A DNA stretch of 64,000 nt from Psilocybe cubensis (taxonomy: Eukaryota): the NCBI GenBank assembly GCA_017499595.2, contig CM038998.1, positions 4,216,001-4,280,000 of the forward strand, in the 5' to 3' direction. Positions 26,701-37,542 of the stretch are shown here, piece by piece (the stretch's first letter is position 1; each line of letters starts with the position of its first letter). The position numbers and the translations under genes were made by a program. The notes below the pieces were generated by a model. It saw nothing but the letters and a program-made list of their open reading frames with translations, was not told the DNA's origin and did not search any database.

Positions 26701-27620
26701 GATTGAATAAAGGAGCCCATGAACTCCAACGAATTCAAGAGGAATCACAATCAACTTCCTCGATTGATTTGGTGTCCGATTTTAATCGAATGAAGGATAG
26801 ATGTCGGAAGAGGGCACAGCAGCTGTTTTCCAAAATGAAGGATCAATCGGACGACTTTATGACGCTGGATAATAGTGAATACCTTACATCCGATGTTCAC
26901 AGCACAAGGGCATACTGGAGTAAAGATGCTTTGCAGGAACGACGACGCTTAATGGATCGGTCACACAAAAATCTAGTGGTTTCCGATGCTTCGGTCAACA
27001 ATGTTGGGGGAGCGGCAAACATGATTCGTGCGTTGAAAATCAGCCAAGAGTTTGTCTTCATCGACTTCGAGTCATCGAAACTTAGCTCGAAAGATGTCAC
27101 GCAAGTTGTAAAAGGACTCAAATCCCTGTCAGGTGTAACATTCCGTTCACCGGATGGCGGTCGAGCAATTCAAGGCGCAGTGCTCCAGAACGTGCGAGCT
27201 GCCATGCGTCAACATAAAGATACTTGCTTCTACCAGAACGTATATGCCACCGACTACTACAGGAAAGGCCGCCCATACATTGTGTTCCCTTATCCCAAAT
27301 GGTCGAGTTGTACTGTCATATTCAATGTCCAGGAAGAGAAGGACTATATTCTCACTTTGAAACACTGCATGACTACGTCCGCTGCCTTGGTGGACATCGA
27401 TCTCAACGATCACATCCTCGAGCGCACATGGGGATTATCTCAAGATTCTAAAGACTTCCTTGTTGATGAGGATATATTCCTTCCAGCCGCCCATGTCAAG
27501 ACCAATGAACCAAACGTCCTCACCATCAAGCTAGCTGATGATAGTAAGGCAGTCTACTGGCTATCCGATGTCTTCTTGCCTGTTCGTCCTAGTAGTAGTA
27601 CTCCCAAGAAGACCAGTTAA
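23781..27620 (+). CDS. Large intronless hypothetical membrane protein: N-terminal TM region, Glu-rich linker, helical region, C-terminal beta-rich domain
   Basis: Uninterrupted ORF (ATG 23781); several hydrophobic segments in the first ~360 aa; clear paralog at 27842-30739. Confidence 0.8.
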   Translation: MSGVGTTVVDGIQEISALLPLLGSEQCEEHVGSALYKGFIYVCISPISIFGSLGIVKAGFNVFLASLNIQPMRFLGAKKLIDGGFRPKGSVAPLIALDPEHPNRFLVESKLEKMLADENIDNVGNLTVSWDEGNLMWNLKLVLFTLLSAPLGLAPYLFFILKPRDLETSTDPFLLAGWGFPIIRILGSVICVVVVQFLIQIRVLVIIRMRLLFMSVDRIAKDMNINLESKFHNLSWSSHLTSETCIWGLQDWLKIYADEETNGTNIKRCFEAARRRQFPPQSRLTKFIRPSADFTLHILLAIGLILSVIGYIGCFNLVSNASDTSAGPVVWVALEALLSVLRIVVWAFNPSWDDSKGITFNLRLASHSPLITCNKSDDDIKEDGVVPVDRSTTFLEEIVAYTGPLPSFNWNNIALYYILTAEDAPSPCPPNATLHAILYVVISDYKEQTCRALTKRPGDDHPFDIYVASLESDRRSTVVNLKFKTTNDGKRVLTTPKTHSLTADTRFMEELARHYDKIIAQLRKRKKIVGFRTTWDLRRPSETTLKREDLEEDEMSVSVVVVDGKQGSQLGETIGEKETHSKDKIEEHDSNKSDIDHQEVEEKEKSNEGHSGIEEHEGDRIEEKHEGENTEEVEDQKDQEDKGGGEDSEGGAERNVEDGEEEDEKREEGEEEGEWEDGEEEGEEEEAKEEDESQKKAEGSVHTSLVSSDPKRLSGEYPTRLVLQLTPEDVVYIRQGQVERRWRELYNRLEEWVEMFVGLYSEELLQDVPADLTFAPGESVSIIQKYEANEAEYLLIECRTQMEHLLAGIAIKWDSFVHANHVQMVKSILENTFPESETKMASNEDKWLDDDVKHYLRSRREKLRGRLLSEWQRLAQSTTRSRVEAMRARIDIHSKSCRQRISRRKYHDPESEHLLGIWNNRLQRVDEQISVSGNQLLQPGDNEHPALSTAVGDQAIDTDTYLVNPQYQKDMEERLNKGAHELQRIQEESQSTSSIDLVSDFNRMKDRCRKRAQQLFSKMKDQSDDFMTLDNSEYLTSDVHSTRAYWSKDALQERRRLMDRSHKNLVVSDASVNNVGGAANMIRALKISQEFVFIDFESSKLSSKDVTQVVKGLKSLSGVTFRSPDGGRAIQGAVLQNVRAAMRQHKDTCFYQNVYATDYYRKGRPYIVFPYPKWSSCTVIFNVQEEKDYILTLKHCMTTSAALVDIDLNDHILERTWGLSQDSKDFLVDEDIFLPAAHVKTNEPNVLTIKLADDSKAVYWLSDVFLPVRPSSSTPKKTS

Positions 27621-27841
27621 AAGCCTTTCTTCCCATGTATTTGTAGATGGTAGTGTACAATACATTATATATTTTTAGGAATCCGCTGCCGTAAAGTTGC
27701 TGGTAAACATGTAGTAAGTACTAGAAAGACTCTTCATGCGAAGAAATTAGCGGGTATATCATAACATCATAATGGGTATACACGAAGAGGGTTGAGTAGA
27801 AGTGTGATACACTGGCTCAAGGGTGGCCTGGGCCTTGTAGC

Positions 27842-30739
27842 TTACTCTAGAACATCCAGAGAATCTTCCGTCACCATATCTGGAGCTTCAACGAATTTAT
27901 GAGAATTTTGTCTCAGCAGGCGTAGTCGCTGTTGTAAGGATTCACGACTCCAGTACACCCTCCTCTCCTGCCATAGCGAAGTATCGTCGGTCAGGAAATC
28001 AGTCACGCTCATTTGCTTGATAGCTTGCCGTTCGACTTCCATTCTGCTTAGCATCTCGGTGGCACGAGAGCGACATCTTTCTTTCATACGATCATAGCGA
28101 GAGATCATATTCTTTTTGAAATTCTTCTGAGCGTTGTCGGGAATTTGGCCAACTTCCTGTTGGCCTTTATTAAATCGTTCGACCATTTTGGCAATAAATT
28201 GAGTATCTGGTGCTTCGTCGTGAGCGTCACCATCAGGTGAATGAACAGCAGATTCGGGAGCTGCAGGGCTTGAGTCAGTGCCGTCATTCTCTTCAATGCC
28301 AGCATTTTGGTTTTGTTCAGGAGAATCCGCCTCCAATAGGTGTAGACGAGCCTTCCAAACCGCAATAATGGTCTCGCCCTCCTGGTCGTGGTATTTCCTG
28401 GCTTGGATTCTCTGTTTCGTTGTATCTCTCTGCAAATCCAGTCGCTTACGCATGTTCTCCGCCCTAGATGTTTCTGAAACCTCAAGAAGTCTCTGCCACT
28501 CATTGACGAGTCTCGAGCGCAACTTCTCGTATTTGAGCCCTTCCTCGCTCCTGTTATCATTTGATTGGAGGGAGCCGTTCTCTTCTGATGATGATGATAA
28601 CCCGTACTGAACCCCAGAGTTGGATGGGAAGGTGCCGTCTAACACTGCTTTGACCATGGTCTGATGACTGGTTTCCAAAAATGATATCCATTTATTAAAT
28701 GTTGTTTGCGCCAGGCGTTCCATGTGCGCACGGCACTCGATGAGCAAGTATTCGACCTCATTGGCTTCGTACTTTTGCACCACCGTCACAGACTCTCCTT
28801 CCTTGAAAACAATGTTGGTCGGCACGGCCTTCAGAAGCGCTTCGACATGGGCGACAACAAAGAGTTCTATCCATTCCTCGAGAGCGCCAAAGAAAATCTT
28901 ACATCTTCTCTCCAGCTGCCCTTGGCGAAGATAAGCGACGTCCTCCTTTGTCAATAATAAATCAAAGCGTTTGGTGTCGAAAAAATTCAACGTGGTCCTC
29001 CTCGATCCGCTGTTATTGCTACTTTTCTCGTCATCGTCGCTTTGATCGTGACCTTTGACCGGCATACCGCTGCCTGGCCAATCGTCTGCATCATCCTGAG
29101 AGCTCGATTCCTCGTCTGAGCGTAGCATGTCCCACGCTTTAGGAAATTCAACGGGGTCCCGCCGATTTCGGATCTGTGAGATGATCTTGTTATAGTGTCG
29201 CGTCAGTTCCTCCATGAATCTGGCATCAGCTGTCAGGGAATGGGATTTAGGAGGAGTGACAACACGTCTGCCATCATCTGTTGTGACGAACTTCACGTTG
29301 ATCACTGTGCTACCAGGGTCGGGTTCAAGTGAGGAGATAAAAATATCGAAATAGGAGTCGGTTCCAGGGGATTTGGTGAGGATGCGGCTCGTTTGTTCTT
29401 TGTAGTCCAGTATCACGACGTAAAGAATCCCATGTGCGGGTTCGTCATCTTGAACATTTGAAGGATCGTCCCGAGACGTAAGAATGTAATAGAGCGCAAC
29501 ATCGGGCCAACTAAACGAAGGTAAAGGGCCTGTGTACGCGACAATCTCCTCGAGGAAGCTGTTGGCTCGCATCACCGGGGCCTCGCCGTCTTCTTCGATG
29601 TCGCTGAACGATTTGCTGCATGTTATGAGGGGTGAGTGTGCGGCGAGCTTGAGATTGAAGGTGATGCCCTTGGAATCGTCCCATGATGGATTGAACGCCC
29701 ATACAACAATTCGGAGTACTGAAAGAAAAACTTCCATGCCCAACCATATCAGCGGCCCATGTGAATTCGATGGCGCGTTCGAGACCAGGTTGAAACAACC
29801 TATGTATCCCAAAATAGCGAGGAAGATGCCGCCTGCGAGCAACCAGTGAAGAAAAAAGTTCATCCATGGCTCAATAAACCTCCGAAGACGCGAGTTTGGC
29901 GGAAACTGTCGCCTGTGTTCATGCTCGTATCTCACCCGCAGCCGGCCTCGGAGCTCATTTCGTTCATCCCCTCCATCCTGCTGTGCAAGCCACCTTTCCA
30001 ACGCCCATAAACACGTCTCGGACGTGGTATGCGAGTTCCACGAGAGATTATATGGCTTTGCTTCCAAGTTGATATTCTCCTCTTTGATGATCCTGTCCAT
30101 AGATATAAAGAGAAGCCGCATCCGAATGATGACCAGAATACGAATCTGAATGAGGATCTGCACGACAATCACACAAAGGCATGAGCCCACAATGCGGATG
30201 ATTGGGAACCCCCAACCTGCGAGAAAAAGTGGGTCGCCTGTCGTGTTCCCGGAGCGGAGGATAATGTAGAGGTATGGGGTAAGCCCCAGAGGCGCACCCA
30301 AGAATGTGAATAAGATGAGTTTAAGGTTCCAAAGCGGGTTCCCTTTATCCCAAGAGACCGTCAAGTCCTCCACGTTCTCTATGTTTTCATCCCTCAACAT
30401 CACTTCCAGCCGACTCTCTGCTAAAAATCGGTTCTGGTGAAGTGGATCCAAACCGATCATGGGCGCGACTGCGCCCTTCGGTGTGAAGCCACCATCGTCA
30501 AGTTTTTTAGCTCCGAGAAACTCCAGCCGTTGAATATTGAAACTTGCGAGCACTACGTTGAAGCCTGCCTTCGCAATACCGAGACTGCCGAAAATTGAGA
30601 TTGGGGAAATGCATACGTACAGAAAGCCTCTGTACAATGCAGAACCAACGTGTTCTTCGCATTGTTCGGTCCCCAATAGTGGAAGGAGCGCCGATATGTC
30701 CTGTATTCCTCCAACAATCGTATTCCCTACGCTGGACAT
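27842..30739 (-). CDS. Paralog of the 23781-27620 protein, lacking its C-terminal ~230 aa and most of the acidic linker
   Basis: Shared blocks GIQ[DE]ISALLPLLG[ST]EQCEEHVGSALY, WAFNPSWDDSKGITFNL, FLEEIVAYTGPLPSF and QKYEANE; ATG 30739. Confidence 0.8.
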   Translation of the reverse strand: MSSVGNTIVGGIQDISALLPLLGTEQCEEHVGSALYRGFLYVCISPISIFGSLGIAKAGFNVVLASFNIQRLEFLGAKKLDDGGFTPKGAVAPMIGLDPLHQNRFLAESRLEVMLRDENIENVEDLTVSWDKGNPLWNLKLILFTFLGAPLGLTPYLYIILRSGNTTGDPLFLAGWGFPIIRIVGSCLCVIVVQILIQIRILVIIRMRLLFISMDRIIKEENINLEAKPYNLSWNSHTTSETCLWALERWLAQQDGGDERNELRGRLRVRYEHEHRRQFPPNSRLRRFIEPWMNFFLHWLLAGGIFLAILGYIGCFNLVSNAPSNSHGPLIWLGMEVFLSVLRIVVWAFNPSWDDSKGITFNLKLAAHSPLITCSKSFSDIEEDGEAPVMRANSFLEEIVAYTGPLPSFSWPDVALYYILTSRDDPSNVQDDEPAHGILYVVILDYKEQTSRILTKSPGTDSYFDIFISSLEPDPGSTVINVKFVTTDDGRRVVTPPKSHSLTADARFMEELTRHYNKIISQIRNRRDPVEFPKAWDMLRSDEESSSQDDADDWPGSGMPVKGHDQSDDDEKSSNNSGSRRTTLNFFDTKRFDLLLTKEDVAYLRQGQLERRCKIFFGALEEWIELFVVAHVEALLKAVPTNIVFKEGESVTVVQKYEANEVEYLLIECRAHMERLAQTTFNKWISFLETSHQTMVKAVLDGTFPSNSGVQYGLSSSSEENGSLQSNDNRSEEGLKYEKLRSRLVNEWQRLLEVSETSRAENMRKRLDLQRDTTKQRIQARKYHDQEGETIIAVWKARLHLLEADSPEQNQNAGIEENDGTDSSPAAPESAVHSPDGDAHDEAPDTQFIAKMVERFNKGQQEVGQIPDNAQKNFKKNMISRYDRMKERCRSRATEMLSRMEVERQAIKQMSVTDFLTDDTSLWQERRVYWSRESLQQRLRLLRQNSHKFVEAPDMVTEDSLDVLE

Positions 30740-31548
30740 CTTCAACGACAATTAAAAAGATCTAGATAATTGTAAAGGAAACGTAAACAACTCACCTGAG
30801 GCAATCAACCACCCTAGTGTCGTTCAAGTTGCCTTCAAAGATGCAGATTATCGCTATGCTGCTGACGGATAGTTGTAGGACAACACCACGGAGTTACAGT
30901 ATTCCTACTTACGTTGAGAAATGCCCTCCGCGAAACTTGTGACACTGTAGCAAACTGCGAACGATGTCGTTATATTTGGCCGCGGCGAATGGTCAGATGT
31001 GTCCTACATGTGTAAGACGATTGTAACGGCGTTGAGGTGGACTAACTTGGATAAGGGGTGATAGCCAAGTCACTGCCTTCAGGGATGCTTTACGGATAAT
31101 TTCCACGCACCTTACATGCAGGTCTCCAAGGTTCTAAAAAAGATCAACAAAATCATGCCGACACCACCACTGGGTAAAGAGAGAATCTTTAAGGTTGTTG
31201 CCAGGAACTAAGGTTGTGGTCAGCAATCCAGATAACATCCATAGTTTTCGACAGAACGCTCGTATCTGAGCGTCTAGAATTAGAATAGCACAGTTGAACG
31301 ACAAGAGAGCAAGAAGCGACGTCGATCTCGGGTGAGTCTGCATCCATCACCGCATGATGATCAATTACCCCTGAAAGCGAAACATCACCGTCACCCCCAT
31401 GACGCGCTTATGTTACCCTTACGTACTGTGTATACGATACTGGCAGGATTGAGGATTCACCTCGTAGGAGAAAATAAAGAAGGAATGACTTTGACGTATT
31501 TCTGTGTACAAGTCACTATAGGACCAAAAAAAAACATCAAAAAGTCAG

Positions 31549-31620
31549 TAGCAGCAACTCGTTTCGATCGAGTGACCTCGGGGTTATGGGCCCCGCGCGC
31601 TACCACTGCGCCATGCTGCT
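31549..31620 (-). tRNA. tRNA-iMet: Initiator tRNA-Met (anticodon CAT), intronless
   Basis: Minus strand AGCAGCATGGCGCAGTGGTAGCGCGCGGGGCCCATAACCCCGAGGTCACTCGATCGAAACGAGTTGCTGCTA: A1-U72 pair, G-C-rich anticodon stem CGGGG/CCCCG, initiator T-loop GATCGAAA, downstream oligo-T Pol III terminator. Confidence 0.96.
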
Positions 31621-32494
31621 ATATTCACAACACTCACTTTTAAAGTCATGGTGCTCACACAAAGGACCCAAAAGAACGCAAATGTCAACGAGTTATCACT
31701 GTGAGACGTCACCTAGGTATTCCAATCAGTCCCTTGCACTGATACATGCGTCCTGTATTCAGCGCACTGCTCGGGGTTTTCGGACTACTTATGGTTTGGC
31801 TTTTCATCGTACTTATCTGCACCGATAATGAAGTAATTATCTACTCTCTGTCAATCGTCAGTCACTTGAAACGTGAACCATGATTTGGCGAAAATTTCGG
31901 TGCGAATATCGATGACAACAGAAGAATTCACCTACGAAGGGTTCTCACTCTCCAATTACGTCCATGTTAGTCACTTGTCGATGGGTAACAGCATTTCGAC
32001 CGACTCCTACCGCCTCACAAATTCTATGGAATGACCACTATGGAAAAGTAGGCACCTTATTACTGTTCAGAGAGACGGGAGTTGATGAGATATTACCCAC
32101 TTGGAATGATTATGAGAAATACAAGGCAACAAGTTTGACCGTAGGGCTGCTTCTCAATCCAAAATTTCTTGCAGATATATTTGGACAGTCTGCTGATTTT
32201 GTGTCCATGTTTCGATTGTCAGTATCTTCGAGGTGGCGCAATGATTTTCAACGTAGTCACAAAACGGGTTCAGTGCTTGGTTGACTAGAAATTGCATTGT
32301 ATTGGGCATCTGTGACCTAGTTCCAGACTTTGGAGACACTGTGAAATAATTCGCGAGTTGCCTATCCTCAAGCCAATTGCTGCCGCCAAATCGAAACAAA
32401 ACACTGCATTGGCCATCGCTATAACTCGAAGATCAATCCGAACAGGATAAAAGATATGACGACATCTAGAAGACGCAATGTCATAATTGAAAGC

Positions 32495-33186
32495 CTAACC
32501 AACGCCCGGTTTAGTTTCTTCCTCCGTTGTGAGTGTATCCGTCTCGTCCAACATCATCTTGAGAACGTCGGATATTTGAGCGTGAAGATCCTCTTTGGCA
32601 AAAATTAGCTGTCGCCGAGGTTTCGGATATGGATAATCTTACTAGCTCGATTGACGGCGCGAATATATTCTGCATTAGCCTGTGTCATTTCGTCCTCCAG
32701 TATCTGGAGACGATGGGCCTAGTGTGAACGGAGACTTTTAAGGAAATGACGAAGTGAGCAAACTGAACATAATATGCGCACCTGTTCCTCTTCTGGCTCT
32801 GGCTCTGGCAATGAATTAATTAAGAATTCAATTTGCTTTGCTTTGACAATAAGGTCTGTGACTAGTTCCTTTTGGTTTGCTATACAGCAAGATCAGTTGA
32901 GTGCAGCTACAATACCAAACGCGTACCTTCGAATACATCAGGAGGATCGAATTTTTCAGGGTTTCTTTGCTTCGTGATGGGAATCTCTGGGCTGACTTGG
33001 ACAAAATTGGACCGCGAAGTGAGGTATGCGATGGTATTCGACATAATCATGAGAAGCTAGATGAAAGGAATAGGAAGGAAGCAGCGTTAGCACCACAATA
33101 ATGAAATGTCTATGCTTGCAACTCACCTGTTGTATCTCATCTTGCAGCTGGGTTATCCTGTCCATATGCGATAGTTCCTGCAGCAT
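32495..33186 (-). CDS. MED21: Mediator subunit 21 (Srb7), multi-exon
   Basis: MDRITQLQDEIQQ...ELVTDLIVKAKQIEFLINSLP...LEDEMTQAN, matching the Med21 pattern DRLTQLQD / KAKQIExLIxSLP. Confidence 0.88.
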
Positions 33187-33463
33187 TGCGCTGCGGCAGT
33201 GCGTAAACGCTCAATAGAACATGAGAAACTTGGCGAACCAGATATAGGGTGTGTTTGCTCGTGGATCGTGTTAAGGCTGGGCCAAGGCATTAATGGTGAA
33301 TAACTTTGTTCGGAGCCTGAATAATAATTGTATTAATAATAGATAAAAACTTATCCGGGCTTGCAACGTTGTGTTCATTAATTAATTAACCGACTCTTGG
33401 TCGCTGACCACTACCATCCCCACCCCCAAACTCCTTCGCCCGTTTCTTTCTTTTTATTGCAGC

Positions 33464-34576
33464 ATGGGTAATGATGGAGGAAGCATCCCTGACAGAAGAG
33501 ACCTGGTGAGGAACAAGCCCAAGGTTCGTATGCATATTCTTCGATATCTCGTTTACAGGTCAAGTGATGTTGCGTCCTAGGCTGAACAGGCCGACAAGGC
33601 AAACCAAACCAAGGCCCGATGGTTCTATTGTGCTTTATCCAAGGTACTATTCCTTTTCAATATTGTTACACTTATACTCATAATCCATTTAGCGAAAGCT
33701 GCAAGAACCTGTTGTTTCCTGCGCTCTTGGCAAACTCTACAACAAAGATGCCATAATAGAATATCTTCTGGACAAGTCGGCGTATGGAGATGGCGAGGAG
33801 ATTTGTGGACATATCAGGTCGTTAAAAGTATGTCTCTTAATTTGTTGGAGTGGCACCGTTTCTCTGACGGAGTGTCGCCTCATCTTTACAGGATGTCAAG
33901 ACTCTAACACTTGCGCCTAACCCGGCACCTGCTTCGTCCGACGCCTCTGCTGACTCAACAGACCGACCTCAATTCGTATGCCCTTTGACGCTCAAAGAGA
34001 TGAATGGTGTTCAGCCATTCATTTACATCTCGACCTGCGGCTGTGTTTTCTCTCAAGCGGGCTTTAAGACAGTCACCGCGGCTGGTTCACCGAAGGAGAA
34101 AGATTCGACACCTCCTAAAGGAGAAGAAAAGGGAGACTCGTCGCTCAACCTCTGTCCCCAATGTGCTAAGAAGTATGCAGACGACGACATCATTCAGCTC
34201 AATCCGTCGCCTGAGGAAGAGCAGGCCCTGCGATTTGCTCTTGAGCGTAAGCGATTACTTGAGCCGTCCAAGAAGAAGTCGAAAAAGAGAAAGAACGATG
34301 CTTCGCCTGAAGAAAGTGAACCTCCAACGAAAAAACCAGCTCTCCCAGGTCCGAGTCTCAACCCTGCTATTGCGGGTGCGAGCCGCGCGGTGGTGAATGA
34401 GCTTGCGAAAGAGGAGGCAAAGCGGAAGGCCAATATGAGTGCCGCTGTGAAGAGCTTATATGGGGATGGGACAAAGCGGAAGGAGACGTTCATGACGATG
34501 GGGACATTTACGAGGGTATGACCATGTTTTGTTCGTTTTCTTTGACTTATTGACCCTTTTTTTCTAGTATGCGTAA
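33464..34576 (+). CDS. RTF2: Replication termination factor 2 (Rtf2) RING-like protein, multi-exon
   Basis: MGNDGGSIPDRRDLV, WFYCALSK, CALGKLYNKDAIIEYLL, CPLTLKEMNG, CGCVFS and CPQC; last exon TATGCGTAA. Confidence 0.93.
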
Positions 34577-34901
34577 AGTGCTCTGTAGACTTCTGGAGAT
34601 TTGTCTGTGTATTATTATGTTGTATGGATGTTGCTTGTATGTACCAATATCAAATAATCGCATTTAACTTAGACTATCGGAGTTACCTATTTCACATTCT
34701 CACCAATCAATTATCGACATCGAACATACGAATTGAAAATGTGTGCGTATAGTTGTTATTCATTATCCTATCTCACTTCTTTACAGAAATTCGGTCTTTG
34801 CTTGAAGGGAAGGCGCTAGGAATATAACCCCAACCTGCACAGTTTCTCACCATCCGTCACCTTCGCTGCCCTCGTCCATAATCATCCAAAAACAACATGC
34901 T

Positions 34902-36335
34902 CTAACCCGAAGGTAGATAATGAATGCAGAAGGGGCCTTGCGGCCTCATTTCGACCTCAATGGTGCACCGACATACGTCAATGTCAGGACACCGCGCTTG
35001 AATAACGCCCGTCATATTGGAAGTGTTTTTGAGGTCCCAGATCATCTTCGAGTCTTCAGGTCCATTCGGAAAATAGCTAAGGAACTCAAGGTAAGGAAGA
35101 AGCGCGTCAGAAGGCATGTTATTTTGCTCGCTTTCGATTTCTGCGTCGCGCCTTCGGGTGGTATCCGAGACACATTCGAATATGTTTTTGGCGGTGTAGT
35201 TTGGGTCAGACTTGTTGTTTGGAGATATATGTAGGTATGTCAGATAGGGCATTGCCTTGAGCATTGATAGCACATCGGAATCGGCAGCAAGGGGCCCTGT
35301 AATGACGAATTCATCGAGGGGACAAGACGAACGCTTCATCAATTCCGCAATGCACTTGCAATCGATTTGGCCAATTCTGACGTCGATCATTAAGGAGGTC
35401 AACCAGGGAAGCTGGGATATCCTGCTGAAAAGAATGTTCAGGAATTCCGCACTTTCACATATGATGTCGAGGGATTCGAGATCGTTTTGGGGGACGTGTG
35501 GGATGGATTCCGTCAAGGTATATGGTGGAGATCGACTTTCGTAGATCTGGAACTCTCGTAACTTCGGCGCGCGCCTCAAAATTTCGAAAATATCTTCCAG
35601 ATTGATGTCTTTGGTGTCGACAGAGACTAGATTGTCCCAGCAAGCGTGGACAGACTTCAGAAGAACACGATTGATGGACAGAGTGGACGGCCTCGGTTTG
35701 GTGTTCAAGTTCGCTAATCCTACTCTTTCCGAGTATGAGACGATCACCCATGGTTTGTATGGTTCCTTCAAATTGTTGAAAATCAACTGTTCGTCGTCAT
35801 TGTTGTATATACTGATCGATTTTAACTTCGGAGATTGGGCAGCAAATAGTCGTAGGAGGTTGGTGGGCATCTTGAGGACAATGTTTTCCAGCCGACTTGA
35901 AGATGTATTAAAGAGGTTGGCAATTCGTATAAAGTTTTTCAATCCAGTATCCGACAGAGGACAGTCTCGGTGCGACACGAAAACGGAAATTGACAGTGGT
36001 ATATGTCGTGCCCTCTCCATCCAAGACGTAACAATAGGCGGCGTGTCTGTAATATTTGAAGGTCCAAGCTCAAGGGGAATGTATCTCCAAAAACCAGGTA
36101 TATTCCAAACAGTCTGGCGCCATGCCTTGCATACCGCACCTACTTTGAATAATGTTTGTCTGTGGGCGCTTTGACATTCTCCGCTGGGTTCACTTTCGTC
36201 TACGTCCGGAAGACAATTGTAGAAGACCATTGAGACGATTTCTAGCGGAAGCATTGCCATGGGGTCTGAAGCACTATTCAAGGCGCTCAGTTTATCATAA
36301 GATCTAGTAAATTTCGATCGTGTTACTGCTGGCAT
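34902..36335 (-). CDS. F-box-like / RNI-like protein (same family as 13592-15565); 3' end may be spliced
   Basis: LPLEIVSMVFYNCL...AVCKAWRQTVW..PGFW, W.ERA..IPLSI and LMKRSSCPL, all shared with the 13.6-kb gene. Confidence 0.78.
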   Translation of the reverse strand: MPAVTRSKFTRSYDKLSALNSASDPMAMLPLEIVSMVFYNCLPDVDESEPSGECQSAHRQTLFKVGAVCKAWRQTVWNIPGFWRYIPLELGPSNITDTPPIVTSWMERARHIPLSISVFVSHRDCPLSDTGLKNFIRIANLFNTSSSRLENIVLKMPTNLLRLFAAQSPKLKSISIYNNDDEQLIFNNLKEPYKPWVIVSYSERVGLANLNTKPRPSTLSINRVLLKSVHACWDNLVSVDTKDINLEDIFEILRRAPKLREFQIYESRSPPYTLTESIPHVPQNDLESLDIICESAEFLNILFSRISQLPWLTSLMIDVRIGQIDCKCIAELMKRSSCPLDEFVITGPLAADSDVLSMLKAMPYLTYLHISPNNKSDPNYTAKNIFECVSDTTRRRDAEIESEQNNMPSDALLPYLEFLSYFPNGPEDSKMIWDLKNTSNMTGVIQARCPDIDVCRCTIEVEMRPQGPFCIHYLPSG

Positions 36336-37477
36336 GTTACAGTGTCATAGACCAGGAGAGATAGTTAATGTCGAGCGTTTCGGGGGTTCAAGTATAAACT
36401 TAGGGGTGTCGGCGATGGTTCCTATAAATAGCCATCAAATTCTGGTCAAAGCAACTGCTTAGCGCCCATGCACAATTAAGATGGGAAGGCGTGGAGGGTG
36501 ACTGGATTAGATCATTAAGTTGCTATTGTATTTCTCAAAAAATACCCGTGGAAACGGCTATAACTTCATTGAAACCAATACATTTCGCTCAAGCCCACTG
36601 CCAACTGAATGCAGCCACTGATGGTTCATGTTGCATGGATATGTCAACAAAAAAAAAACGGATTCGACTGCCTTCTTTCTGATCGTTATTTTGAATGCAA
36701 ACTGAAAGGAGAAACTTTAACTGCCAACATGGTTGACCGTGACGTTTGACCTTACTAGTACAGTTAGAGTAACAACAGTTAGCCTACTACACTGAAATCT
36801 GACCAATACTCTTGGAACATTCAAAGATAGATTCATAATATTTGTGCAAATTATACAACTATCTTGGTTCAAACCATTTCAGTTGTCGACTGTCACCAGG
36901 CTTCACGCTTCAAAGCAAGCCACTGATAACGAGCCCTGGCCGCCAGCTGAGCTATTTTTGGTACGGTCACGTGCCTCTGTACACAAGCGAAAGTCCAAAG
37001 TTCAAACCACTGACTGAGTGGAGTGACCCACCAGTGTCTCTAGGATTGGAGTCACCCTGTGCCCTAACTTCCGAGATACTTCGGGAGGAGCGTCTCAGGA
37101 TGCTCCCTCACTGGCTTCTAGGACGACTTTATTATTAAACTGCGTACTGAATTCTCGTAAATGCATGCCGAATCTACGCTGTGAGGCTCTTGATCAGCAA
37201 GGATGTCCTTGTCAGTGCTTGATCATGCGATGGCTCTGAAGGAAGCATTCATTCAATTGGTGTCAAACGTGGAGCCTATACGAAGGTACGCTATTTACGA
37301 ATCTCCCATTCCATTTGCATTCCATTTACGTGGTCAAGTTTCCATGATATCTAGTGTTCATGTTCGGCTACCCAAATTTCAACAATCTACACGTTCTTGA
37401 AGTTCACGCAATAATCGTATTCTTAGGTCTTTGCCAGCTAAAATGACAGTCGTGCTTTCAGAGAGTCCTGCAAATTG

Positions 37478-37484
37478 TATATAA
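37478..37484 (+). promoter_or_regulatory. Putative TATA box of the RHS gene
   Basis: TATATAA about 60 nt upstream of ATG 37543. Confidence 0.5.
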
Positions 37485-37542
37485 GGATGTTGTGTACGCG
37501 ATTCTACTCAAGTACATCTATACTGCTGAAATCCAGAAATCG

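Noticed and set aside
31549..31620. tRNA as an integration site for the accessory island
   Set aside because: No duplicated tRNA 3' end or integrase is seen, and MED21/RTF2 lie between it and the RHS locus.
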